From Octopus vulgaris (taxonomy: Eukaryota), in contig OX597820.1 of the NCBI GenBank assembly GCA_951406725.2, positions 106,950,001 through 107,014,000 of the forward strand: a stretch of 64,000 nt of DNA. The letters are read 5' to 3'. Made by a program: the position numbers and the translations under genes. Positions 40,080 to 52,940 of the stretch are shown here, in pieces (positions within the stretch are counted from its first letter, which is position 1; the number at the start of each line of letters is the position of its first letter). A model generated the notes under the pieces. The model was not told the DNA's origin. It worked only from the letters and a program-made list of their open reading frames with translations, and ran no database searches.

Positions 40080-42237
40080 GTACATATATACGCATTATAT
40101 ATATGTGTGTGTGTGTGTATGCATTATATATACAAATGTATACAAATTATATATATATATATATATATAGAACACACACACACACATATATAAATTAACC
40201 CAATAAATATCTGATTCATAATATTTGTTCTCATGATTGTGTGTTGGTGGTGGTGATGATAATTCTCTCTAAGAATGCAGACAGACGTAAAGAGAGAGTG
40301 TGAAAGCGCTGTCAAAGGCGGGGAGGGGGGAGATATAGGACGCTGTGAAACAACGTTATAAAGAGAAAGTGAAGGGAAGGGAGGTAGACGCTGTGAAACG
40401 ACGTTATAGATAGAAAGTGAAAGGAAGGGAGGAAAGAGAATGAATGATGGAGGAAGACAGACACATAAAAGAATGAGAGTAGACTTGTCAAAGTGCGTTT
40501 TTGGCCCTAGCAACGACACCTTTTAAGATGGGGATTTCTAACCTAGCCCACTCACATCCTCACGCCATTTTACATGTCCTGTAAATTTTGGAGTCAATCC
40601 AACGGGATCTAGTGGCCTTTAACCCATTCTCAATGCCAAAACCAGACAAACAAACAAACTTTTCACATTTCAGAATGAATCGGAAAATGAGGAATAAAGA
40701 GACAAATGAGTTGGATCAAATGTTTGCAAACATCTTAACCCAATCTTCTTTATGAACCATGTTCTTTTTAATGTCTTTATTTTCAAGAATGAAGAGATAA
40801 TCAAGACATGCAGAAGAAACGACAATCGTACAGTGAGAGGGGTGGTGGAAGAAAGAGTACAGACACTATCAAACGACGTTATAGAGAGAACGTGAAAGGA
40901 AGGAAGAAAAGAGAGAGAGATGGAGGAAGAAAAGAGAGAGAGACGGAGGAAGAAAAGGTCATATATGAAAGAGGGAAGACTTGTCAAAGTGTGCGTTGTT
41001 TGCCCTAGTAACCAGTCCTTTTAAGATAGGGATTTCTAACCTAGCCCACTCGCATCCTCACCTCATTTTACATGTCCCTGTAAATTTTGGAAGAAAGAGT
41101 AACAGAGAGACGGCGAAGCTGTCAAACGTAGTTATAGAAAGAGAGTGGAGGGAAGGGGGAGAGATAGAGGAAGAAAAGGTGATATATGAAAGAGAGGACT
41201 GAAAAATAAAATATTTTGAAACCTAAAGATGATTTGGTTTACAATGAGAAAACGAATGAAATAGTTAAGAAGTAAATATTTCAAAACTGGAAAATTTTTC
41301 AAATTTACCGACAAATTTTTGTTAATGATGGTCGCCTTGAGCATACAAATATTTTATCTTTAAATCTTTTATCCACGCAAAATAATAACATATCTTCTGA
41401 TAAATAATATCTGTTATAATTGTGCGGTGGTGGTGGGAGATAATAATTCACCTTTCTGAAAGACCTGTGGTGGGAATATTTAAACTTTTGCGGCTGTCAC
41501 GTTTCGTCTTTATAGATACAAACAGAAATACATTGAGAGACGCGTTGGAGAAGAAAGAGAGACGGCGGAGGTGTCAAACGTCATTATAGAGAGAGAAAGT
41601 GGAGGGAAGGGGGCAAAGAGAGAGATCGAGGAAGAAAAGGTGATATATGAAAGAGAGGACTGAAAAATAAAATATTTTGAAACCTAAAGATGATTTGTTT
41701 TAAGAGAAAGATTCTCATGATTGTGTGGTGGTGGTGGTGATGGCAATGATAATTCGCTCTATGAATGCAGACAGACGTAGAGAGAGAGAGAGTGACAGCA
41801 CTGGTGGAGGAAAGATAGTAGACATTATCAAACGACGTTATAGAGAGAAAGTGAAAGGAAGGGAGGAAAGAGAGAGAGAGAGATGGAGGAAGACAGGCAG
41901 ATAATAGAATGTGATGGTGGCAGGGGAAAGATAATAGACGCTGTGAAACGACGGTATAGAGAGAAGGTGAAAGGAAGGGAGGAAAGAGAGAGAGAGATGG
42001 AGAAAGACAGACACATAAAAGAATGAGAATAAACTTGTCAAAGTGTGTGTTTTTGGCCCTAGCAACAACACCTTTTAAGATGGGGATTTCTAACCTAGCC
42101 CACTCGCATCCTCACCTCATTTTACATGTCCCTGTAAATTTTGGAGTCAATCCAATGGGATCTAGTGCCCTTTAACCCGTTCTAATGCTAAAACCAGACA
42201 AACAAACTATTCGCATTTCAGATTTATAATATAGAGA
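39317..42237 (-). mobile_element. Non-autonomous Helitron with internal duplications
   Basis: Minus strand starts TC(TCTATATTATAAATC) and ends with a GC hairpin (cctgcgcgtagagcgggt) followed by CTAG; it sits between A and T. The block at ~40480-40675 recurs at ~40978-41090 and ~42033-42225. Confidence 0.82.
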
Positions 42238-42769
42238 TTATGTTTTCCAGAGAGTTGTGGATATCTCATCTGCCAAATGGATGTTTATTCTTAATTGTTA
42301 TTTAGAAATTATCAATTACTGTTCACCTCAGATAACAGATCATACAAGGTTTTAGATAATGGAATGTTAATTGCAAATTCTACTAAATATAGTGGATAAG
42401 TGGTTACAAGAAACTAGAAGAATATTTTTACTCACTTCTTATTTAGCTGAGATAAATAAACTAACATGTCAAATTTAAAATACCAAATAACAGCAGGGAT
42501 ACAGTAGTAATAGTGGTTTACAAGATCAAATCCATGTGTAGTGTTTTGGCATTCAACGGTGCCAATTATACTTATATTGATTTGATTGAACATGGAGAGA
42601 TAAAAGGTAAAGTTGTCAGCAGTGGAATTTCAGTTGAAAATATTGATGGTGAAACTAAATATAGCAAGGCATTTAGTCAGTTGCTCTACTGATTCCATTA
42701 CTAAGATGAATAACCATTTTAGGTATATATCAACTATTTTTGGACAGGCATAAAAATAAATACACTTAC

Positions 42770-42811
42770 CTTCATTTTTCTCAACTTTAGTAAATCCACA
42801 AAAATAACCAT
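42770..42811 (-). CDS. DLG5: DLG5-like 42-nt micro-exon (DGYFCGFTKVEKNE)
   Basis: ttaAG/GTAAGT; symmetric phase 1-1; positionally equivalent to the Y-x-x-V strand before GUK. Confidence 0.8.
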
Positions 42812-43160
42812 CTTAAAAGAGAAAAATATATATGTTTGATATCTGTATATATATACTTTGATTTTAAGTCAAGCTGTATATAAAAGCAATTTAACATGAA
42901 ACTGAAGGATTTCTTGATACGTTTTAGAAGTAGAGTCCAAGTATATTAACCCTTTTGTAACCATAATTCTGTTGAAATACACTGACATTGTTTTAATTAA
43001 TTTTGAAAAGAATGAAGTACTTAGTAAAATAACATTGCCAAAATTAAGCTGAAATGTAGAACAAAGATTAATAAATTTTGATGGAAGGTTTTAATTTAGA
43101 TCACTTTAAAGCAAGACGTTTGACATAGAAAAAAATTTGGTCTCAGGTGGTTTGGTTTCA

Positions 43161-43266
43161 AGGAGAAAATAGGGAGTGGCTTTGAAGTTTTGATTGGCTC
43201 ACCTTCATCAGACAGCCTGATAAAGGAAAGCAAGCAGAAACTTTGAAGGCACTGTCAACTTCTTCC
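43161..43266. repeat. Twin head-to-head HHR-like palindrome, copy 2 (opposite orientation)
   Basis: tcatcag-acagc-ctgataa centre; both arms carry (G)AAA-CTTYRAAG. Confidence 0.6.
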
Positions 43267-45828
43267 ATATAAAAGTTAATATATGTAACATACTTCCACC
43301 CCACTTACATAATGCAAGTTAGTCACCTGTTCCTGTCCCTTGATCATAATTTAGCTTCTCCATATCTGGCATAAAAGCACCTCCCTCTCTACTACAACCC
43401 CACTCAGTTGAGGGGACTTTTTTGTAAGTTACTTGGAAACCTTACTAATGCTTGTGCCATGAAAAAAAGCACCCAATACACTTTGTAAAGCAGTCACCAT
43501 TAAGAAAGGCATCCACTCATAGAAACCATGTTTGATAAACCACAAATGAGGTAACACCATAATTAGTGTTCATGGTCAGTGATCAAGTATTTAAAAAGAT
43601 GAAGAATCAACTGAATCCGTTTCCTTTAAAATGTCAAAATTATATTACAGATGATTGCTTCTTAGATCAACACCTTTCCATGGAGATCTATTATATCAAA
43701 TATAAATATACAAAATACAATAACAGCATCCATTGACAAGGTTGCAAAAGCAACAAAACTTTTGGGAGAAAAAACATAAGTAACGAGTAGAAACTGAACC
43801 AGTGGATAGACAATATGACTCTCCCCAAACACAATAATAGCCTTGTTGAATATATTTGTAATTATGCACATTCATACAATGCATAGGAAATGTTATCTAT
43901 GATACTTAAAAGGCTGGTGACTTAAAATATCCTTTTCCCTCTATGTTTTTTCAAGCTTCCAGCAAATAATCATTGTCATCATCATCATTTAACGTCCGTG
44001 TTCCATGCTAGCATGGGTGGGATGGTACCACAAGAGCTGGCAAGGCAAAGCCTGTATCAGACTTCTATGACTGTTCTGGCAGGATTTTTACAGCTGGATA
44101 CCTTTCCTAATACCAACCACTCAGCAGAGTGGACTTAGTGCTTTTTATGTGGCACAAGCCAAGGCGAGATGAGTAGTGCTTTTTACGTAGCACAAGCACA
44201 GGTGAGGTCAGTTTTGGCAAGGCTTTTACAGCTGGATGTCCTTCTGAACACCAACCACTTTACAGTGTAGACTGGGTGCTTTTAAGTGATACCTGCACTG
44301 ATAGGATTACCAAGTAATTGCAAGACAAAAATAATAATAATAATAATATCAATAATCCTTTCTACTGAAGGCACAAGGCCTGAATTTGGTGGGGAGGGAA
44401 CTAGTCAATTACATTGACCCCAATGTTTCACTGGTACTTAATTTATCAATCCCCAAAAGGATGAAAGGTGAAGTCAACCATGGCAGAATTTGAACTTAGA
44501 ATATAAAGCTGGATGAAATGCTGCTAAGTATTTTGTCCAGCATGCTAACTGTTCTGCCAACTCATTGTCTTGATAATAATCTGATAATAACTCTGCTTGT
44601 TCCTCCATTACATAACCTGTCCATAATGCTTCCATGTGATTAGTTGAAGGGGGAGGGTAGGAAGGGAAGAAGTGGAAAGGGGAGGAAGGGAGAGAGAGGT
44701 GGTGGTGAGCGAGATGTGCAATTTATCTTTTTGAACCAAGTTTTTTTTCCTCCGCTATCTAGCCTACTTGTAATGCTTTCACATGATTAGTTGAAGGGAA
44801 AGGCGGAGAGCAAAAGAAAAAGGAGAAAAAGAGAATAAGGCAAAGAGAGAGAGAAACAGAGAGTGTTGTGTATTAAGTCTTTAAAATTGTGCATAAAGTA
44901 TATAAAGTGTATACATAAAGTGCATTAAGTAATCATTGTATTCCTATTTCCTTCACTTTTCAGTGTTTAGCAGACAAGTAATTTTCTTTTGATACAGACA
45001 CAACACAGGCTATGCTTTCAGGTTTTTGGATAAAGTTTTTAGAAATAACCCAGTAAGTTTATCCTTAATACCATGAAATATTCACAGGTCATCCTAGTAG
45101 TAGTAGTAGTAATAATAATAATAATAATAACAACAATCCTTTCTACTGTAGGTACAAGGTATGAAATTTGGATGGTAGGGGGTCTAGTCAATTACAGTGA
45201 CCCCACTGCTCAACTAGTACTTGTTTTATTAACCCTGAGGAGATGAAAATAAAGTAAGTACCAGACAAATACAGGGGTTTAATATTGATTCTACAGCCAC
45301 ACCTCCAAATTTGTGGTTTGTACCCATGTTAGAAATAACTTGTAGGTGAAAATAAATTATCTTGAAATAAGAATCAATAAATGTGAATTCTGCTCTGAAA
45401 CTTATCTATTGGTGGAATTTGAACTCAAAACACAAAAACAGAAGAAATACTGCTAAGCATTTGGTCCAGTATGGTAGCAACTCTGCATGAGCCTTGACAA
45501 AATATTTTAAATATTTCTTTAACTGAATGAATCTTCTCCACTTCATAATTATCAAATATTCAAAGCATGAAATTTTTTCTGTAGAAATCTTCAATATAAT
45601 CCCAATTTTTTTTTCTCTTTTTGTGTTCCTAATTTCTGAACATATAACCATGGTTAGTTCTGAAAAGCTAAAATTGTTGGAGAAATGCTATTTTGACTAA
45701 ATGAAAATGAAGAGAGTAAAAAGAAAAAAACAAACAAATTCATAGACAATAAAGAAAAAAACACATTTCTTTTTTTTAAATTTTTCAATTTCAGAGAGAG
45801 AATAAGATATTACCAAAATAATAATTAC

Positions 45829-46040
45829 CATCTAAAACAGGAAGGAGTTCAACATTAAGTGAGATATCAGAAAAAGATGTGAGATCGCGACTGTCACGAG
45901 AATTGGTTCTCTGATGCTTCTTCCGCTTGAAAAAACTGCGCCGGACAGTTCCTGAGCCTCTCCTGGAACACTTGAGTTCATCTTCAAGGAGATTCAAGCT
46001 CTCAGAACTACTTCTCTTGAGATCAAAGTTAGGACCAAGT
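45829..46040 (-). CDS. DLG5: DLG5-like exon, HOOK region (…VRRSFFKRKKHQRTNSRDSRDLTSFSDIS…)
   Basis: tgcAG/GTAATT; 212 nt; the RRSFF-R/K-K-H-R motif is characteristic of the DLG5 SH3-GUK linker. Confidence 0.93.
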
Positions 46041-47251
46041 CTGCAGCATGAATATAGATAGACATGGGCTAATCATAAAGATAAAAATTATTTATAAAGT
46101 TCATAAATCATATAATGTAATGTGTTCTATAGGAACTGAAGGTTTAAAGAATTATATATCCACGTACAGAGAATTTGCTTTTTGAATTAGGTCTCTTAAT
46201 AGGACAAATAGAGATGTTTCAGAGCAGAATTCATATTTATTGATTCTTATTTCAAGATATTTTATTTTCATTTACAAGTTATTTCTAACATGGGTACAAG
46301 CCACAAATTTGGAGTTATGGCTGTAGGGTCAATTATATCAAATCCTGTACTTGTCTAGTACTTACTTTATCAACCCTGGAAGAATGGAAAGCTAGGTTGA
46401 CCCCAACAGGATTTGATTTAAAAGATGTAACTTAGTGCAGAATGGTATTTTGTCTGCCTCTCTACAGAGGTTGTGTAACTATTAATAATTATGGAAGGAC
46501 AACACTGTTAATTACTATAGAAAGACATTACTATTACTGAATATGGAAAAGACACGAATGGTATTACAAGCCAATTTACTTTTTTCACTCTAGCTAAGAC
46601 TGTAATACAGTTCACCAATATATAAAAAGAAATGAAACTGATGTTTAAGTTAAAAAAAAAACAAGTATCTTCTATAATGAACTCTGTATGCGTGTGTGTG
46701 TATGCACACATATATATATATGTGTGTGTAATGTCTTTTCTGTCCTGATGAATTAGTCATTTATATTCATTATTTTCATGATTTTTATTATGGGATTCAA
46801 TGGCAAAGCTGACAAAGAGATAAATATATCCTTGTATATTTATGACTTATTTTACTAGTCATAAATATACATTAATTTTCCATAGAGTTTAGTTAGTTGT
46901 TGAAGTTTATGTGCAATAAATTGGTTCTGCTTTTACAATACTTGAAATATTTAACAGTTTTTCTATTCAATTCCTAATAATATTGAATTATAAAAATATA
47001 ATAGAATCTTTTGAATGGAGGTTATGGGGGTTCACAAAGGTAGAATAGAAATTTAAGAAGTTCATAGGCAAAAAAGGTTGAGAGCCATTGGTTTAGAATA
47101 TAAATTAACAAGGAATTTTAATGTAAGGTTTTAATTGAGATCAGTTTAAAACTAAAGTTTGTATACTTGAACCAGGGGTAGTATCAAGTAGGTTGGTATC
47201 AAGAGGTTTAATGTATTTGTCTGAAACAGTTAATTTATAACAGCTACTCAC

Positions 47252-47495
47252 CTAGTGGGAATTTTTCCATATTTTACTTTCTTGCCTTGATTATTGATTA
47301 ACCATCCTAACCAATAAGATGTATAGTTACTATCTCGGTCCCCGGATTGGTTGTCATAAAATCCTTCTTTTACAAGTAAAATATCATTCCTATTGAAAGA
47401 CAGCTCCCCTTTCTCTTCACCATCATCTGGATGATAGTCAAAGTGGGCACGTATATAAAAAGGAAATCCTGAATTGCATCTGCCTTGAAAGTACT
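47252..47495 (-). CDS. DLG5: DLG5-like exon, SH3 domain (FYIRAHFDY…GELSFNRNDILLV…WLGWLINNQGKKVKYGKIPT)
   Basis: ttcAG/GTGAGT; 244 nt; MAGUK-type SH3 motifs. Confidence 0.95.
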
Positions 47496-47614
47496 CTGAA
47501 AAAGAAAAAGTGGACCAGAAAGTTTAACACCAAACTAATTATAAAAAAGCATAAATATTTAACGATATTGGAACCATGTCAGTTTGGACGATTTTTATAT
47601 GATGTGATACTTAC

Positions 47615-47717
47615 TTTCAGGATTATACTGAGAGATAATTTTCACAGAGTTGGTGGCCTTTGATATCTCTCTCATAGCCTGTTCAATGGTAGCATGCCGT
47701 AAATTGGTTCCATTGAA
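47615..47717 (-). CDS. DLG5: DLG5-like exon, C-half of last PDZ (FNGTNLRHATIEQAMREISKATNSVKIISQYNPE)
   Basis: tctAG/GTAAGT; 103 nt; in phase. Confidence 0.92.
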
Positions 47718-49566
47718 CTAGAAAACAAAAGCAAGGGTTGGTGGGGGCAAAAAATGGATTTTATTTAATACAGATTTGGCAACAATAAGCATAAATTGAA
47801 AGAATTAAAGAAAAATATACTACATATTACACCCTGAAGCAATAAAAACAAAAAAATGTTTGTTTAATGTTTTAATACTGCTGCTGTTATGTGTTTTATT
47901 CTCCACTTATTTTAAAAATAATTGGCTGAGTATGTTTTTGAAGCATTCTCACAAGCAATGAAAATCCCATAAACATGACTGGCAGTATTTATAAAGTAAT
48001 ATCTCTAGGCTAAATATCTGTAGTTGAAAACTTTTGGTTGTTATTTGTTTAGAATTTTGATCTCCAAATCTTGTACAAAATTAGCTGGCATTTCCTTTCA
48101 GAAAAATTCTGTTCAGATCCTGGAAGTTCTTACAAAATGTTCAAGGTCTAAAACTTATTTCTTTTAAGAGATAAAGAATCCAGAATCACTCGAGACTTCC
48201 CTCATGTTTACCACTGAGTTATAATAACCTCTCTCTCTCTCTTGCTTGCTCTTACCCACCCATCCACATAGTGTTGATATTCTTATTATAAAACTATTGC
48301 AGAAAGAGATCCATCAAGAGGTAACACCACTAGACTATATATGGATACACATACACTGTAATTGTATGTGCCACATACCTTTTAATACATATTTATCACA
48401 CAAAATTTCCAAACATCTTCTAATGCTGTGTATGCACGTATAAGTGTAATAAACAAAGAAGGTAAAAACTTTACATTATATCAAAGAATGTTAGTGAAGC
48501 CAAATGTTAACTTAAGAGAAATGGTTGTAATATTGCAATTTAGACAAGAATTTAATGACATAAATTATCATAATTAGTCAACCAGGGAAGCAATTAGTCA
48601 TTGTAAATTTACTCTATATTAAAAATGAAAATTAAAGTAGCATACAACACCACTGCCTTACAACTACTTCATCCTCATTCATATTAATTCCATGTCAGCA
48701 TGGACAAATGGCGGTTAATATGGCACTTATAAGGAAAGATGATGATGATGACAACGACGATGACAGCTGTGGTGGTGTTGTTGTTGGTGGTTGCAACAGA
48801 AAAGCTTCAGCCTAATTCTAAATAGTGCCCAATAAGCACATCATTAGAGCTGCTCATTAATTATATGAAAAGTAAGTAAAGATTAATAGCACTAAGGAGA
48901 AATAACCTAATGTACACCTAATGTCTGAGAAATGGTTCATTGTTTCATCTCATTATCAACTATGGGTTCATTCATTAATTTCATTTTCTAATCACTTTGT
49001 TGCAGCTGTTGTCATTGTGGAAATCTAAGAGATGCAAATCTAAAAGAACATATCTGCATGCATTAAATTCTAAGGACAAAGGCACTAGAATTTGAATGAA
49101 TGACCTGACTAAGATACTTAATCCTTCTGAATCCAAACCACCTGAAATAGCCCCTGGTCATATGATACAAATTTCCTGCTTTAAAATGATATAAATTAAA
49201 ATCTTCCATTCAAATTTCATGTTAATTTATGCTCCAGAGACCAGCTTAATAATGGCAAAGTTATTTTATGAAATTCTTCATTATTTTCAAAATTAATTGA
49301 AACAGGGCCAGTATTTTTCAATAGAAATATAACGAAAATGCTAACCAGTGAAGCAAACTACCAGTTCACCTTTATTATTTATATCAAGGTATAAACTGTG
49401 GGAGTTACTATCAGATGTGGTCTACAATGAGATTCTTAATATGCTATTAATTTTGATGTTAAAAAAGCAACATTTGTGTTTGTATCCGTACTTTAGTAAT
49501 GTTAAAATGTCCTCTATTGTAATGAAGTGGGAGGGAAAAAAAACAGAAGGATACTAAACATCATAC

Positions 49567-49756
49567 TTCTAAAATTTGGCATCCTTTTGAGAGGCCCTCC
49601 ACACCATCCGCTATACTGTTTGAATGGATATCCTTCACAAACACTCCAATGCCACCCTGTCCGCCAACAAAAGACAATCCTAAACTACTGGTGGACTTAG
49701 TTTTCTTCAGTTGGACACAGCACTGATTGGATGGTAGGTGCATAGAGTCAGGTGAG
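49567..49756 (-). CDS. DLG5: DLG5-like exon, N-half of last PDZ (…SLGLSFVGGQGGIGVFVKDIHSNSIADGVEGLSKGCQILE)
   Basis: tccAG/GTATGA; 190 nt; GLGF-like carboxylate loop SLGLSF. Confidence 0.92.
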
Positions 49757-50454
49757 CTGGAAATGGAAAACAGAAACAAATAGGATCAATAGTAATGGAT
49801 CAATATATAGGATATATCCCAAAACAGGTTTATTTGATCAGCAATGATAGAAACATAGATATACTATGTCTTTACTTTAAGGTTTTTAGAACTGACTTAT
49901 AAGAATTTATTATCTTAAATCATAATTTACAAAGGGTTTAAATAAATACTTCATACATAAGAGATTCTTCTCTCAACATTAAATTTGTCTTAGTGCTAAT
50001 ATACTTCAAGAAAAAATAATTTCAATGCTTAGAATATTGGATCAGAACAAGACTCTTGTAAGAAAATTTGAATTGAGACTCTTTTGCAATTTTCAGACCT
50101 TCCACTCATTGCAACTAAACGAATAAGAAACAGCACTTGTTGTTGGGTTCTTTAAATTTAAGAATTTTCTGTTTAGTTTAATTTTTTTAAAAATTAACTA
50201 ACAACAGTTTTGAATGCATAAAAGATATCTTAAAGGATGAAGCTAATCCACAACCACTGTGATTTTAGATAAAGTAGTTAAATATGAGGTGTTAAGTATG
50301 AAAAGATAAAGAACTATACTCAGAAAATAGACATCTGAGTCTTTAAAAAACTGTATATATAACTTCATGCCTTTAAATATAGTAGTAAATAAAATTAGAT
50401 GAGTGGAGATTAGTAAGAAGACAAAAATTACAATAAATAAGAGGGATAAAAATC

Positions 50455-50939
50455 ATTTACATTTGACAGATATTTGTCCTCATCTTGTTTGTTGTTAGCA
50501 CAACATTTCGGCTGATATACCCTCCAGCCTTCATCAGGTGTCTTCGGGAAATTTCAAAGCTGGGTTCTCATTCCTGAGGTATTTTGTCGTTGTTGTTGTT
50601 ATTATTATTATCATTATTATTCAGGTCACTGTCTGGAATCAAACTCGGAATCTTGGGGTTAGTAACCTGCACTCTTAACCACTAAGCCATATGCCATGGC
50701 ATAGTGTTTAAGAGCGCAGGCTACTAACCCCAAGATTCCGAGTTTGATTCCAGGCAGTTACTTGAATAATAATGATAATAATAATAACAACAACAACAAT
50801 AACATCAAAAAATACCTTAGGAATGAGAACCCAAGTTTGAAATTTCCCCAAGACACCTGAAGAAGGCTGGAGGGTATATCAGCCAAAATGTTGGATTAAC
50901 AACAAACAAAATGAGGACAAATATCTGACAAATGTAAAT
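50455..50939. mobile_element. ~485-bp palindrome of two head-to-head tRNA-headed SINE copies, each with an HHR motif
   Basis: Arms are reverse complements around atgcca|tggcat (50691-50702); A box TGGCTTAGTGG, B box GAGTTTGATTCC; cac-CTGATGA-a-GGCTG…CAGCC-GAAA at 50499-50540(-) and a CTGAAGA copy at 50854-50895(+). Confidence 0.82.
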
Positions 50940-52149
50940 AATGTACATAATTCCTCATCTCTTAAAAAGAGAACTGAAAAAAAATCAATTAAAAATTTAA
51001 TCATTTTTAATTTGTTAATTCAGTAGTATATCTTTGATATAATTTGACTACTGAATTCCAGTTATTTAAAAGCTACTGTCTTATATCATCATTGGAATGT
51101 ATACTTTACTCTGATGGCATTTAAGAATGAGGGATCTTATCAGTTAAAATATAAGTAATAAATAAAACAAAGTTGTTAATAATAATCTACAAAAACATTT
51201 AGGTTGTTAGTGAAGGCACATCTCAAATATAATTTAAATAGTTGTTAGAATTCAATTACAGCAACTTAAATCTGTTATTTTTGAAAAGAGGTGTGATTGA
51301 AATATGTTAATTCAATAATCTGTAGACTATTATAGTTGAGGACAAAATATCTGAGCATTAACTTAGACTCAAAGTTTTATTACCTATAAAAAAAAATCTA
51401 TTAAAGTAGCTATATCTGATCACATCAGAGGAACTGTCCCTTAACATCCAAACTCCAAGTGGGCCCACACATAAGTATCTATCCAAAACACTGATTCTAC
51501 TTATCAATGATAAAGAAGCTAGAAATTTAGAATAAGAAATCTCCCAGGAACTTGATTAGAATATGTAATATGTTTTTTATATATATATATATATATATAT
51601 AACATATTACATATGTTATACTTCTTTGTTAAAATGACAAAGATATTCTGATAATATATATCTTTTTTAGATATTTTGCAAAATACAGAATTTAACTTCT
51701 CAGAGTCTTTTAATGACTAGAAATGATGTTATTAATTTTAATAAATGCAGTTCCTTGCTTAGTGGCATTTTGTCTACCTCTACATTTTGAGTTTAAAATT
51801 GCACTGAGGTTGACTTTGCCTTTCATCTTTTCGGGGTAATAAAATTAGTACCATTTGAGTACTGGAGTTGATGTAACTCACTATAAACCCCAACTCCCAA
51901 AATTGCTGGCCTTGTGCCAAAATTTGAAACCAATAAATGTTCCTGATTTCTGGTCAACAATTTTTAAAGACTTAAAGTAATTTGTACATATATACAAAAC
52001 AAAATACATAAATATCATTGATTTTCATTTTATGTCAAACTTTAAATGAATTGAAAACTAAAATTAAATTGCAAAACTGAGGAAAAAAGACAAGTTTGTA
52101 TTTTTAACCAGACAATATGAATGTACAAATCTTTGGGATAAATGTTCAC

Positions 52150-52303
52150 CTGAGGGTACTAATTCTGTGGTGAGTGTTTTCTGAAGATGGACTGGATGGA
52201 GTTATAGTTTCATTACTGACTAGATGATTTGGTTTTTTGGATAATTCAGAGGAATCTGATGGTGAGGAGCACAAATTGCTTTCAGACCGTTCACTGTTGA
52301 ATT
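52150..52303 (-). CDS. DLG5: DLG5-like exon, Ser-rich linker between PDZ domains (KFNSERSESNLCSSPSDSS...HHRISTL)
   Basis: cacAG/GTGAAC; 154 nt; the phases match the flanking exons exactly. Confidence 0.8.
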
Positions 52304-52940
52304 CTGTGAACAAGAAAAATATGTTTTTTTCTTAATAATGAAATACCAAACTGAAATAAATTCAAGTAAAATTACAATAAAATGTGTTTAGATGCAGGTG
52401 CAGGCATGGCTGTGGTAAAAAGCTTGCTTTCCAACCACATGGTTCTGGGTTCAGTCACACTGCGTGGCACCTTAGGCAAGTGTCTTCTGCTATAGCTTCA
52501 AGCTAACCAAAGCCTTGTGAGTGGATTTGGTAGACTGAAACTGAAAGAAGCCTGTCATATATATGTATATATATTTGTGTGAGTGTGTTGGTGTTCATCC
52601 TACCACTACTGCTTGATAACTAATGTTGATGTGTTTATGTCCCCATAACTTAGTGGTTTGGCAAAAGGGACCATAGGCTAACAAAGAATAAGTTCTAGGG
52701 TCGATTTCTTAAACTAAAACCAGTTAAGGCAGTGCTCCAGCATGGCTGCAGTCAAATGACTAAAAGGTGTAAAAGAATAAAAGAATGTGTTTCTCAAGGC
52801 CCATCTCCAACCTTAGGAGGCATGGCAATATTTTGGTGGGGTGTAGGTCACTTGACAATGTGATATAAGTAACAAATAAATACAACTAACAATAAATTTT
52901 AATTACAATTTCTTTTGTGCGTGTTTGTATATATATATTA

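Noticed and set aside
46735-46820. tgtc-CTGATGA…AAAGCT-gaca hammerhead-like relic
   Set aside because: Stem I pairs, but the G of GAAA and the cleavage nucleotide are missing; too decayed to call.
50630-50760. tRNA genes in SINE heads (also 56078 and 52400)
   Set aside because: A/B boxes are present but there is no complete cloverleaf or acceptor stem; these are SINE heads.
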